A stretch of 64,000 nucleotides of DNA, taken from positions 1-64,000 of the forward strand of contig JAUCBJ010009078.1 of NCBI GenBank assembly GCA_032718475.1. The letters run 5' to 3'. The notes under the pieces are model-generated. The model ran no database searches, was not told the origin of the DNA, and worked only from the letters and a program-made list of their open reading frames with translations. Position 1 is the first letter of the stretch, and each line of letters begins with the position of its first letter. The translations under genes and the position numbers were made by a program. Shown piece by piece: positions 42,670-53,868 of the stretch. Origin of the DNA: Nemertoderma westbladi. Lineage: Eukaryota; Animalia; Xenacoelomorpha.

Positions 42670-45450
42670 AGTACTACTACTACTACTAGGATCGGCATGC
42701 TTCATTGCAGCTGCATTATGTATATATTACATATGGAAGCAGGACAATTCGGTCCGGACAATTTTGTGCCTTGGGACCGAATTGTCCGGGACCGCATTGT
42801 CCGGATACTGACTAGGACAATTCTGTCCCAAAACATACATATTAATGGGACCGAATTGTCCGAGACCGAATTGTCAGGGACCGAATTGTCCGGGCCAAAT
42901 TTAATTGATACTATAAAATGGTGAATGTTCTAGAACCTTAAAATATTTTTTTATGGTAGCTAGGGTTTTTTTACTAGCTAGTATTTTTATTTAAAATAAA
43001 ATAAAATTTGTAGTTATGGTAGCTATATGTTGTTTTTATGGAGCTTGTGAATTATTTACTAGCTAGTAATAGTATGTATTTAAAATGTTTAAAACTGATT
43101 TTTTTAATATGTTGGGTATACATACAGCTACCTTAATAAATAATATATAGTAGTATTCGCGAACACTTACCAATAACAAATAACCAATAATATATCGTAT
43201 TTTTTAAAATTTCAAAAAATTCTAGCTTGTAAAAAAACTCTAATTACCATAAAAAAATATATCTACTAATGTTCTAGAACATTCACCAATATCGAAAAAT
43301 AACAGGCACCGGACAAGTCGATCCCGGACAATTCGGTCCCGTACAATTCGGTCCTAGGACAATTCGGTCCCGGACAATTCGGTCCCATTTATTTAGTGTC
43401 TTGGGACCGAATTGACCTGGACCGAATTGTCCAAACCGAATTGTCCAGGACCGAATTGACCGGGACCGAATTGTCCAAACCGAATTGTCCAGGACCGAAT
43501 TGTCATACATCCATTACATATACATTAAGAATGCTATGCCGGCTTGTCAACAAAATCACGCCGCCACAACTCCCTATCATCCATTGCATTTGCTAGATCA
43601 TCCGCATCTTCAAGGACAGTGTCCTATAAGATGCGTCTCAAGAAAGTCATGGGCCGTCCACCATGCTTATTCACTCCATCATAAGGTCGCCAAAGCACAA
43701 GATTATGCATTGGCTGGTCCTCACGGCGAAAGCAATGTCCTGCAAAGCGGAGGCGGCTTTGTTCTTGTGTCAAGCTTGGAGGAACCAATGAGACACCTCA
43801 AATGATATATAGTGTCTGGTTGGAGATGTGTCATTGTACTTGACACAGTGAACCCGGCGTAGCATGCTTGTGAATGTGCCATCCAGAAATTCGGTGTCCT
43901 CAGCAGTTAGACCCCATCATTACTCCCATAGAGGAGGCCAGGAACTACTGCTGCTCTAAATAATCGGACCGAAAGATTCCGATGAATTCCATGTGACTTC
44001 CAAATCCTGGAAAGCACATTGAAGGCTGTACACTTTCCCTTACATATTCGAAGTTCCTCAGCTAACTTTCGAATCCATGATCCCAGGTAACAGAAGTTGT
44101 CCACATGCTCAAGCATACCATCCTTTGAGCTTCTGCTCATCCGGTCAGAGACTTGCTGAGAACTTTCAAAGTTAACTGTCAAAATTTTGGTATTTTTGGA
44201 GTTAACAAAAAGACCAACACTAGAAGCAGCCTGTTCTAATGAGCTGAGGAGCCGTTGGGCTCCCTCTAGTGATTCTGAGAGTACTCCTAATTCATCAGCA
44301 AAGTCTAGATCATTTAGGTACTTGGCAGGATTTCCTCGACTTCTGGAGCCAGTAGGTGGAGTTACCATCACCACATCATCATTATGATGATCTAAGGACA
44401 TTCGTAGATCATAGTCAACCACAATTATGAACAAGAATGGTGCAAGTGTGTCTCCCTGGAGGACGCCCCATAACACTTCAAATGGTTCTGTGTCACCGTC
44501 AACAGTAGACACAAATGTTGTTGAACCATCGTATACTGATCTGATTGCTGCAATAATTTCATCAGGAATCCCATACAATGAAAGTATGCTGAACATACGT
44601 CAGTGAGAGACTGAATCAAAGGCCTTGAAGATGTCAACAAAGATAACAGCCAGATGCCTGTCTTTCTTTTTTGATAATTCATCAATTATCATTCTAAGTG
44701 CAAAAATGGGCTCCATGGTCCCACGACCTTTACGGAACCCATTCTGATTTCCACGGAGCAGTTTCTCAATGGGATCCCTGATGCGATTTAAAATAATTAT
44801 ATTATATAGCTTTGCCGCAATCGAGATCAATGAGATTCCCCGAAAAGAACCATAGAGTGTTAGGTTGCCCTTCTTGGGAACTGGCATCAACATATTTCTT
44901 TTCAATTCTTGTAGAACTCTTTTGTTACTGGTACATATCTACTATGATGGGATAAATGAGTATTTTAAAGACCTCAGGGAGGACACCATCTACTCCACTG
45001 GCACGATTGGTCTCTTTGCAGCAGCCTTCACTTCAGCAAAGGTGAAATCGCCAATGGGAATATCTGGGAGTACAGACTCAGACACTTTTACTTCTATAAA
45101 GTTATCAGGCAATACCCTGTCATTATTGAGGAGCTTTTCAAAGTGGGCCTTCCAACCATTGAGGCGATCGGCTGGTGATTCAGCCTTAACCTTTGTGGTT
45201 GGTTGGCTTTTTCGACCAGCAAGCAAGTTGATCGATCTCCATGCCTGGGATGATTGCCTGCTGTCGTCAGCATCATTGATGGCACCAACCTGTTGGTTTA
45301 TTAGCTCCTGTAAATTAACAGAGTACTGCGTGTTCAGGGACCTAGATGCAGCATTAACTGCATTCTTGGCCGCTGTAGTCTGTTTGAGTCGGGACTCTTT
45401 CTGCGCCTTATAGAGGTCATTTCGGCACTTCCGAATTTTGTGGTCAGTCC
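42670..45450 (-). mobile_element. Degenerate 5'-truncated RTE-clade LINE, interrupted near its 3' end by a MITE
   Basis: Broken ORFs with FRGISLISIAAKLYN, QNGFRKGRGT, FVDIFKAFDSV, GVLQGDTLAPFLF, LDFADE; (TAG)n tail at ~42671-42688; 3' part resembles 50700-50865. Confidence 0.85.
42735..43512. mobile_element. Non-autonomous foldback/Mutator-type element with 15-bp subterminal arrays (GGACCGAATTGTCC)
   Basis: 9-bp TSD ATTACATAT at 42726-42734 and 43513-43521; ends GGAAGCAGGACAATTC / GAATTGTCATACATCC; internal inverted segments ~42918-42990 and ~43215-43287. Confidence 0.85.
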
Positions 45451-45479
45451 GGGGGGTCCTTTACGCTCAATTACCTTTT

Positions 45480-47875
45480 AGGTACATTCACAGGACCTGT
45501 GGTGACATTTCATGGGAGTGGTCATTCATATATTGATCATATAATATCTACTGAATATGGAAACTCACTATTAGTAAATGGCAAAGTTCATGCTAGGGAT
45601 AAAGCTTCAAACTTCTCTGATCATTCAACTATTACGTCGGTGCTCAAACTACCAAACAAAGGGAGATATAGAGGGGAGTATAATCCGCAACTTCGAACTC
45701 TTAAGTTAACTAAATGTGCTTGGGACAAAGCTACAACTGAACAGATTAGTAATTATGCAAAGTTAATGTGGATCTACAAGCACTGCATTCTAAGTTCAAT
45801 ATTGATGGTGAAAGTGCTGTCTTAACATGGATGGTAAATAAAATGATTGAATATATGGAAATATACAGGCTATTATTAGTAAATCAGCAGTGATGTTCAT
45901 TCCAGCAACTAAACTTGGAAAGTACACAAAGGATTTTCGAGTAAGGAGTAAGAGCTTAAATGAGCGTTCAAAAACAACGAAAAAATTGTACGACATCTGG
46001 CTAAAAAATGGGAAAACGGATGGTGATGAATTTGGTATTGCATTTGAGGAGGCTAAACGGAATATTCGACGGCTACGGAATTTACTAAGTAAACAAAATG
46101 TTAGAGGGGTAACAATGAGGATGAACCCTAGTAGAAGGAATTTCTGGAGAAGTTTTTCTAGAAGTCAAGGATTTGGGAGTCAGGAACTTACATTGAATTT
46201 AGAAGATGTCATTAGGAACCATTTAAAGGAGAAGTTTAATATAAAGCAGGAAACTACTGTCTACAAGAAATGACGGAAAAACTGGATAGTAAATGTGTAG
46301 GCCCCATGCCTACCTTCGGGCGAAATCAGATAGCACAGATCATCGGCTCCTTACCAAGGGGGAAGGCCTTAGATTTTGCCTCCTTATCAGCAGAGCACCT
46401 TAAACATTTAGATGTATGACAGCTAAGCATGTAATGACAGGAAGGAAATAATTAAAGAAATTAATAAATTAGTATATGGTGTATCTGATACATTTCATCG
46501 CAAAGGATGGACTACAAGATGGTATACAACCGAAACTATAACTAAGCTTTGGGAAGGCTATGCAATACCTACAATTATGTACGCGATTCGATTTTACTTG
46601 GTTATCATTACGAGATATCAATTGGAGCAAGTAGATATCTATTATCGCAAAGTTGTAAGAAGTATATTACATTTGGGTCGATATGCCTCTAATACTGAAT
46701 GTTATAGTTTGCTATCTATATTGCCGATATCAATGAGTGGCTATCGCGAGGTTCTGTGTATTATATTTCGAATTAATTCCTGTCCAAATATGATATGATT
46801 TAGATGAGAATGTTACCAATGGTGTCTCACGACATAGATAACACGGACTCGGTAGTATTATCAACAGGGTATCTGAGGAGTATCCAATACCATCAATCAA
46901 TTCTTTGTTGAGCTTGCGCTACTTTAAAAACTCAATTCTATCTCGGATCTCTTTTGGGTGGACTAACTCTGGCTGAGATGTGAAACGTTATTCATTACCT
47001 CAATATATAACACACCCGGCATCAGGTTTACATCTAAACATAACAGGGTTTGTTGGAGTATTTTAATGTTTAATTTTATATATATTGTAAATAATAAAGT
47101 GCCAATAATTATATTCACTAAGACTGACCTTATGTATCAATAATTTTATTCACTAAGACCGACCTTATGTATCAATAATTATATTCACTAAGACCGACCT
47201 TATGTATCAATAATTTTATTCACTAAGACCGACCTTATGTATCAATAATTTTATTCACTAAGACCGACCTTATGTATCAATAATTATATTCACTAAGACC
47301 GACCTTATGTATCAATAATTTTATTCACTAAGACCGACCTTATGTATCAATAATTATATTCACTAAGACCGACCTTATGTATCAATAATTTTATTGACTA
47401 AGACCGACCTTATGTATCAATAATTATATTCACTAAGACCGACCTTATGTATCAATAATTTTATTCACTAAGACCGACCTTATGTATCAATAATTATATT
47501 CACTAAGACCGACCTTATGTATCAATAATTTTATTGACTAAGACCGACCTTATGTATCAATAATTATATTCACTAAGACCGACCTTATGTATCAATAATT
47601 TTATTGACTAAGACCGACCTTATGTATCAATAATTTTATTCACTAAGACCGACCTTATGTATCAATAATTTTATTCACTAAGACCGACCTTATGTATCAA
47701 TAATTTTATTGACTAAGACCGACCTTATGTATCAATAATTTTATTCACTAAGACCGACCTTATGTATTAATAATTTTATTCACTAAGACCGACCTTATGT
47801 ATCAATAATTTTGTTTACCTTTGTTCGTTCGGCATATCATTTTAAATGATTAATAAAATAATAAAATAATAATGA
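45480..47875 (+). mobile_element. Decayed sister LINE related to the 39003-42071 ORF2, with the RT core deleted
   Basis: Collinear peptide matches: TFHGSGHSYIDHI, FSDHSTI, RSKSLNERSKTTKKLYDIW, VSDTFHRKGWTTRW, QVDIYYRKVVRSILHLGRYASN; stops and frameshifts; AATAAAATAATAAAATAAT tail at ~47852-47873. Confidence 0.85.
47103..47812. repeat. 35-bp minisatellite CAATAATT(A/T)TATT(C/G)ACTAAGACCGACCTTATGTAT, ~20 copies
   Basis: Period 47103 to 47138; near-perfect copies. Confidence 0.98.
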
Positions 47876-47957
47876 TGTGCCGCATGCCGCGCTGTAATCT
47901 CCTGTCACGCTTTCAATGCAGCATCTACTGACACCCATGGGATTGTTTCTATCCTTG

Positions 47958-48170
47958 TCAGTCACTGTCGTAACTGTTATTGAACTGGGTTATGTCTGCA
48001 GTCCAAGTTTGTTGGTGACTGACCTGTGAACTGGTGACAGTGAATGCTACCCTGGTATCAATTAACATTAATGTAGTTAACGATTTCCCGTTTGTGGCAT
48101 ACACCTTCACTGGCACCACGTTCAGTAGAACTTTCGTCTTGACCTTCTTTGGGCCAATAGACATTGCTAT
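47958..48170 (-). mobile_element. Possible BEL/Pao LTR-retrotransposon protease-region remnant
   Basis: KVLLNVVPVKVYATNGKSLTTLMLIDT resembles the N-terminal part of BEL/Pao aspartic peptidases. Confidence 0.45.
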
Positions 48171-48420
48171 TGTCTCCCCCTGGTTAGTTTTGATGAGAAC
48201 AGATCATCACAAACTGCACCAACTAGCCTCCATTAACTACTGAGGTTGGCGTATCAGATGTGAAGAATGCAGCACCTCGAACCTCGGTCAGATCGAGTGA
48301 GCGATTGGAGGGTAGATAATGAGATGGAGCGATGGAGGCAGAACTGCCAGGGTATCGTTAAATCCGGGTTGGGGTAGGACCGAGTACAGCAAGCGGGCAG
48401 TTAGACAAGCAGGCAGTCAG

Positions 48421-48531
48421 GTACATATCTGATCTGCCAAGTTACAGCTTAAACGGAATAGAAACTTAGAAATGAAAGAAAGTTTCCTTCCACTTGCAGA
48501 AATTTCACTGTCAAGCAGCAGACTGGAGCAC
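48421..48531 (-). repeat. Inverted copy of 50111-50216 (Helentron/HINE-like subunit)
   Basis: 48432-48531 is the exact reverse complement of 50111-50210. Confidence 0.9.
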
Positions 48532-48766
48532 GACTTTAGATGTGAAATAAATGTTTTTGCGATCGTTTTAATGTAGCGGGGTTTTAAAGCCAAATGTATG
48601 CCATACTAAACCGGTAGCATACTGCATTCTTTTTAAAAGTAGCCGAGCTACAACTACCTCAGACAAGCGGATGCATACTGCAATACCGAAGTTAGCTATG
48701 CAAGTGAGTCAGTTTCTAATATAATAGTGGTGGGCTGTGATTGGGCAGTTGGTAGAGTTAACTAAC

Positions 48767-48964
48767 CTGGCATTCTTGATTGATTTCTTGGGTTTGATTG
48801 GCGGAAGAAAAGTCGGTTTTGGGGCATTCGGACCATGGTAACGGGGATTGGAATGATTGGAACAAATATAAAAGACACCAGGTTACAACTGTGTTATAAT
48901 AAACTCCAATTAGAAAAGAAGCCAGGACAGAAGCGATGCCAATGCCGGCTAGGTAAGGAGATAC
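48767..48964 (-). CDS. SLC6 sodium:neurotransmitter symporter family exon (TM3 plus EL2): VSPYLAGIGIAS...YYNTVVTWCLLYLFQSFQSPLPWSECP...ECQ
   Basis: SLC6 motifs YYN and LPWSECP; ttacAG acceptor and GTtagt donor; 198 nt, phase 0/0. Confidence 0.92.
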
Positions 48965-49039
48965 CTGTAACATGAAGTTAAATTTTTAACAGAATGTAAA
49001 ATAGTGCTGCGGCTCTCTAGCCCAATAATATATCTCCCA

Positions 49040-49270
49040 GTGTCAGTGTCACAGTGGATACGGACGTCGCCTGAACCGATTTCATAAATTGTGATTCACA
49101 ATAGTGTTTAGGGGCGCAGGTTCAAATCCGACTAAAGGCCGTAAAAATTTCGCACTGTTTTGTCCCTCATTAGTGCCTACACCAACCCAGCTGTATAATA
49201 GGATTATGAAATAGGAATAGGGTTATGATTTATCTGATAAGAAATAACAAATATAAATGTCATTATTATT
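49040..49270 (+). mobile_element. Probable tRNA-derived SINE remnant
   Basis: B-box GGTTCAAATCC at ~49119-49129, CCAACCCAGCTGTATAATAGG body motif, (ATT)n-like tail. Confidence 0.45.
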
Positions 49271-49513
49271 ATAAATAACAACATGGCCAAGCGCTTTACG
49301 GGCTATTATGGTACCTGTTTAGTGATAGCAAGTATTTTCTACAAATATAATAATTAAGTTGTCTGTCGCATTATTTATATTATTTTTATTATCAGTAAAT
49401 CTCAAAATCATCCGCTTCATTATGACCAGCAGACGTTTCTTTAAGTATCTTAACAATTTGTTAAGATGTTACTACCTGAATTGTACTTTGCCTTGTTCGT
49501 CAATTAAACTAAC

Positions 49514-49629
49514 CTCATTCCATACCCCAAGGGGCCCTTTTCGCAACCGCTGACCAATGGAAAGCTCAAGGAAAAACAACGGAATTCCTTCAATGACTAA
49601 CATTATAGTGTATGGGAATAGAAATGCCC
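49514..49629 (-). CDS. SLC6 exon (TM2): [39 protein letters not shown]
   Basis: Translated manually (not in the ORF track); canonical SLC6 GAF..PY...[10 protein letters not shown]; ttccAG / GTtagt; 116 nt, phase-compatible with neighbouring exons. Confidence 0.93.
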
Positions 49630-50699
49630 CTGGAAATAAAAAAAAACTATTTAATTAAAGGACCAAAATAAAAATAAATAAATAAATAAATAAGTTAGAA
49701 AGTTATGATGAATGAATTAATTGACCATTATTATTATGATGAAACTCTAAAATCGAGTTAGGTATAAATCCCTAGGTCGCTTTTTAACGGTTCGCGGTGA
49801 CTCCAGTTAGGTCCAGTCAGATGAACATGTTACTTATCATTGCACAATGACAAAAGCAAGTCACCCGCACCAATATGACAGTCAGATTTGTACATATTAT
49901 ATCTATGTTAACTTTGTTCTCTTTTGAAAAGTGTCTCATCGTTACAATGTATTTTGCCAGTTTCATTCTAGTTTTCTTGGTTGCATGTGTTGGTACATGC
50001 GTTCTGCTAGTGAGATATAGCAATCATTAATGAGATGATGAATTAGTGAGCTAGGGGTACAACCTGTCGGTCTGGAGTTCTGGAGTTCCGTGTGTTTGAT
50101 CTTTACAGTAGTGCTCCAGTCTGCTGCTTGACAGTGAAATTTCTGCAAGTGGAAGGAAACTTTCTTTCATTTCTAAGTTTCTATTCCGTTTAAGCTGTAA
50201 CTTGGCAGATATGTACTACACCAAAGGATGCGTCTTTGTGATGAGGCTAAATCATCTGCCATTATCTTGTCTGCCGCTAGATGGTGAAATATCTGAACGT
50301 AAATTCCATCCGTCCAAGCTGAAACTTAGCAGATAAGTACTAATCGAAGACTGTGTCTTTGTGATATTACTGGACTGTCAGAAATATATCATCTACGTCG
50401 GCTATCAGGGAGGACAACCAATAACGGAGGATATGACATGCCAATATAGTATATAACATTGCATCTTGTTACATAATATGAGAAGAGCATGTACGACCTA
50501 TATGATGTAAGTCATAATGTAAGAAGGTGTGAAAGCGTGGTCAATATAGCATATATGGCGTGATTTGAATCAAATATAGGTAAGATAGACTTTGTATGGA
50601 TAAAGGGTTTTGAGCGGGATGGCGTGCAATATGTACAGTAGGCCGCTATTGTTTTCATTGTAATTACATAGGGTGTTTCTTTGTTGGGGCCTTATACTG

Positions 50700-50865
50700 T
50701 AGGATGTCCTCAGTATGTCAAGCCGGCATGCATAGCATTCTTAATGTACGCTGCATTGGGCTTGCCAATTGAGGATTGCATGGTGGTGACAAAATGTGTT
50801 TAGCTGGTATAGCATCTCAATGTGCAGTTTCAATTCAGCAGGCCGATTATAGTAATAATAATAAT
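50700..50865 (+). mobile_element. Short RTE 3'-end fragment (or RTE-dependent SINE tail)
   Basis: CAAGCCGGCAT..AGCATTCTTAATGTA matches the reverse complement of ~43521-43547; ends in (TAA)n. Confidence 0.55.
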
Positions 50866-51002
50866 GTCCTCATATACTCTTACTAATGTTAGTGCCTTGA
50901 TTATTAGTAACATAGTCGGTGTATTTATGCAAACATTTCGATTCGTTTAGTTAATGATCTAATAATTAAAATATATATTTAAGTTACTTTTATGCAACTT
51001 AC

Positions 51003-51090
51003 CCCCGCCGTTCTTTTGGGCTAAGTAAGGAAATCTCCATATGTTTCCAAGACCAACAGCAAAGCTAACGATAGCTAATATGTATTGTAT
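51003..51090 (-). CDS. SLC6 exon (TM1): [29 protein letters not shown]
   Basis: Signature [11 protein letters not shown]; ttcAG / GTaagt; 88 nt. WDNK-IQYILA...QKNGGG suggests the amino-acid transporter branch (SLC6A15-20-like). Confidence 0.95.
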
Positions 51091-51154
51091 CTGAACAAAA
51101 AGTTTACCATTATTATTAAAAATTAAAAAAAATATAATAAAAACCACTTTCATA

Positions 51155-52915
51155 TGTAAAGGATTTCTCGTACCCGCGGTACGGCAAACTCCTAAACGGT
51201 TTATATATATCAAGGTTTCCTAAGTGCAACTATAATTATTTTATTGTTTCAGTTTCTCTGTGATAATAACTGACTCAAATAGCTCTCATAAACACGGTCT
51301 TGTGCCGGCTTGTACTTTACGGACTTTACAACCTTCTTCTGATAGTTCAAAAACACAATGATTTCTATTTTCCGTCTTTCTTTTGGTAAAAATAATATAC
51401 TCTACGTAACACCATTGAAATACCTGTGGGAAGAGGGAAAAAGAGAAACCGGATGAGGGGCGGTGCTTTGGGTCCGTTAGGAGCCAAAGTAAGCCCCGTA
51501 ATTTTGAAAAATTATCCAAAGTAATACACAAAGCTCTACCGTAAAAATCTGGATTAACACAATACTTACTTACTACCAAGTATGTCAAATAACAGTCTTG
51601 GTATGGTCACAGTCCAACAAGTCGTAACATACTTGGTGCAACTCCGCGGTATGGTCACAGTCTAACAAGTCGTAACATACTTGGTGCAGCTCCGCGGTAT
51701 GGTCACAGTCCAACAAGTCGTAACATACTTGGTGCAGCTCCGCGGTATGGTCACAGTCTAACAAGTCGTAACATACTTGGTGCAGTTCCGCGGTATGGTC
51801 ACAGTCTAACAAGTCGTAGCATACTTGGTGCAGCTCCGCGGTATGGTCACAGTCCAACAAGTCGTAACATACTTGGTGCAGCTCCGCGGTATGGTCACAG
51901 TCTAACAAGTCGTAACATACTTGGTGCAGCTCCGCGGTATGGTCACAGTCTAACAAGTTGTAACAAACTTGGTGCAGCTCCGCGGTATGGTCACAGTCCA
52001 ACAAGTCGTAACATACTTGGTGCAGCTCCGCGGTATGGTCACAGTCTAACAAGTCGTAACATACTTGGTGCAGCTCCGCGGTATGGTCACAGTCTAACAA
52101 GTCGTAACATACTTGGTGCAGCTCCGCGGTATGGTCACAGTCCAACAAGTCGTAACATACTTGGTGCAGCTCCGCGGTATGGTCACAGTATAAGAAGTCG
52201 TAAAAAACTTGGTGCGGCTTCACGCTATGGGAAATTTGGCAATAGTGCAAACACCAGGTTATTTCTATGTCCAAACAAGTGTGGTACCATTTGGGCATAG
52301 AAAATTAGCTGCTACGTTGTCCTCACAGCTCCACGGTCGGGCCTGGGTCGGATTGTCGGAAAGATGAGCCAGTGGGCAGAGTGCGCAAGCACTAGGGCTT
52401 GTTTAGCCAAAACTCAAGTTTTTCTAGCTTACCCACACTATCAAGCCCCACCGTGGTGAGTATACCAATAGTGCAAGTTTCGCTAGCTGAACCAAGATAG
52501 CGTGCCAGGCAGGGGCTGCCATCTAAAGGCCGAGTTACTGACTGAAGAAAACTGACCGGGGGTCAAATGGGAGGTGCTCGGTTGACCCCTAATTATCTAA
52601 TATATCTAATAATCTAAATAAGAAATAAACGTTATCCTCAGATATTTAACCAAGACATGATTAATAGATATACCCAATTTAGAGACGAGCGTGAGGAAAA
52701 CTTTGCTACAGAGGAATATCTTAATGGCCCTGACTTCCAGACCGACATTTGGAAGTCAAGTGGGCAGACAAACCGCCATGTGGTACCTCAGGTAACTGCC
52801 CATGGCTTCCACCATAAACTCTGCCATCATATAGCCTCCTTCCACGACATTGTTTTGAGTAACTTAATATTCTTGATGGCCCCCGCGCGAAACCGCACTG
52901 TCCGCGAATTATACA
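51155..52915. mobile_element. Interspersed repeat, possibly a solo LTR (TGT...ACA), containing a 48-bp minisatellite
   Basis: 51155-51500 is clearly similar to 63625-63950 and both begin TGTAAAGGATTT; the right end is inferred and no TSD was found. Confidence 0.45.
51600..52218. repeat. 48-bp minisatellite GGTATGGTCACAGTC(C/T)AACAAGTCGTAACATACTTGGTGCAGCTCCGC, ~13 copies
   Basis: Period 51601 to 51649. Confidence 0.97.
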
Positions 52916-53262
52916 TTTTTTGAAATATGATTTTTTTTGGCGGGGTGGCCGGGGATTGCGTAATTGGGAAAGGGGGAGAAAATTTTGCCTTTGCCCCCAG
53001 TGGAAATGGTTCCCGTACACTCATGGCAAAAAAAACAATTACGAATCTGAATCTTAAATTATGAATCTTGAAGGCCGACACCCGCTGGTAAAGTAGTTCA
53101 AATAGAGCCATATTGAGTCCAGCTCCAGAGCAATTAGTTCAACAAGTCCAAATCTAGGGTAAGCCCAAGCCTAACTAATAGTTGGCTTTGCATATCCCTA
53201 TATGTTAGCAGCGGCCAAACTGCTGGTTATTAGACAAGAAGGGCAACGTCGCGTTGTCCCCT

Positions 53263-53386
53263 ATTTATTTATTATAAGTTTTGATGGGCACAGCTTTTAC
53301 AAAGTCGCCAATGACGTCCCAGCTGGGGTCGAACTGGTGACCTCCGCGTTGGAAGTCCGACGCTCTAACCATTCAGCTAGCGGCTC
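53263..53386 (-). mobile_element. tRNA-derived SINE (tRNA-Gly-like head); second partial copy at ~53686-53758
   Basis: Minus strand GAGCCGCTAGCTGAATGGTTAGAGCGTCGGACTTCCAACGCGGAGGTCACCAGTTCGACCCC: A box, CT-TCC-AA loop, B box, short body and A-rich tail. Confidence 0.7.
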
Positions 53387-53393
53387 AGGTTAA

Positions 53394-53868
53394 AGATAGA
53401 CCTGGAAATACTATCTGATACCTTGTATGTCCGCAATTTACCTCCCCATGGCCTCCCAACTGTCAATACCATCATATGCCGCCACTGTGCTCAACCATAC
53501 AGTACTTGGCCGTCTTTACCACTCGCCAAAATGAAATGGTAGTGTATATTAACCATCACGGCCACAATGATTAAATTATACACTCTAGCTACTAATTTAG
53601 GTAGGACAGTTACAGCCATAGAGAAATGCGACCGGTATATTTATAGTTTATTATTGGTGTTATGGGTGAAATGAGTGGTTTCATATTATTATAACTTTTT
53701 GTTGGGCACAGCTTTTGCGAAGTCGGCAATGACGTCCATGTGGGATCGAACTGGTGAGCACGCCAGGTTGACCACAGTAGCAGCATATGATGGTATTGAC
53801 AGATGGGGGGCCATGAGGAGGTAAATTGCGGACATACAAGGTATCAGATAGTATTTCCAGGTCTATCT
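53394..53868. mobile_element. Non-autonomous DNA transposon with ~96-bp TIRs, Kolobok-like
   Basis: AGATAGACCTGGAAATACTATCTGATACC... is inverted at 53773-53868; flanks TTAA|AG ... CT|TTTA. Confidence 0.7.

Noticed and set aside
42061-43805. Short ORFs (42061-42366, 42529-42924, 43283-43510, 43396-43596, 43485-43805)
   Set aside because: They translate 3' UTR, MITE arrays or antisense RTE sequence.
53320-53386. Functional tRNA-Gly gene
   Set aside because: Poor acceptor and anticodon stem pairing, followed by a SINE-like body and A-rich tail, with a second partial copy nearby.
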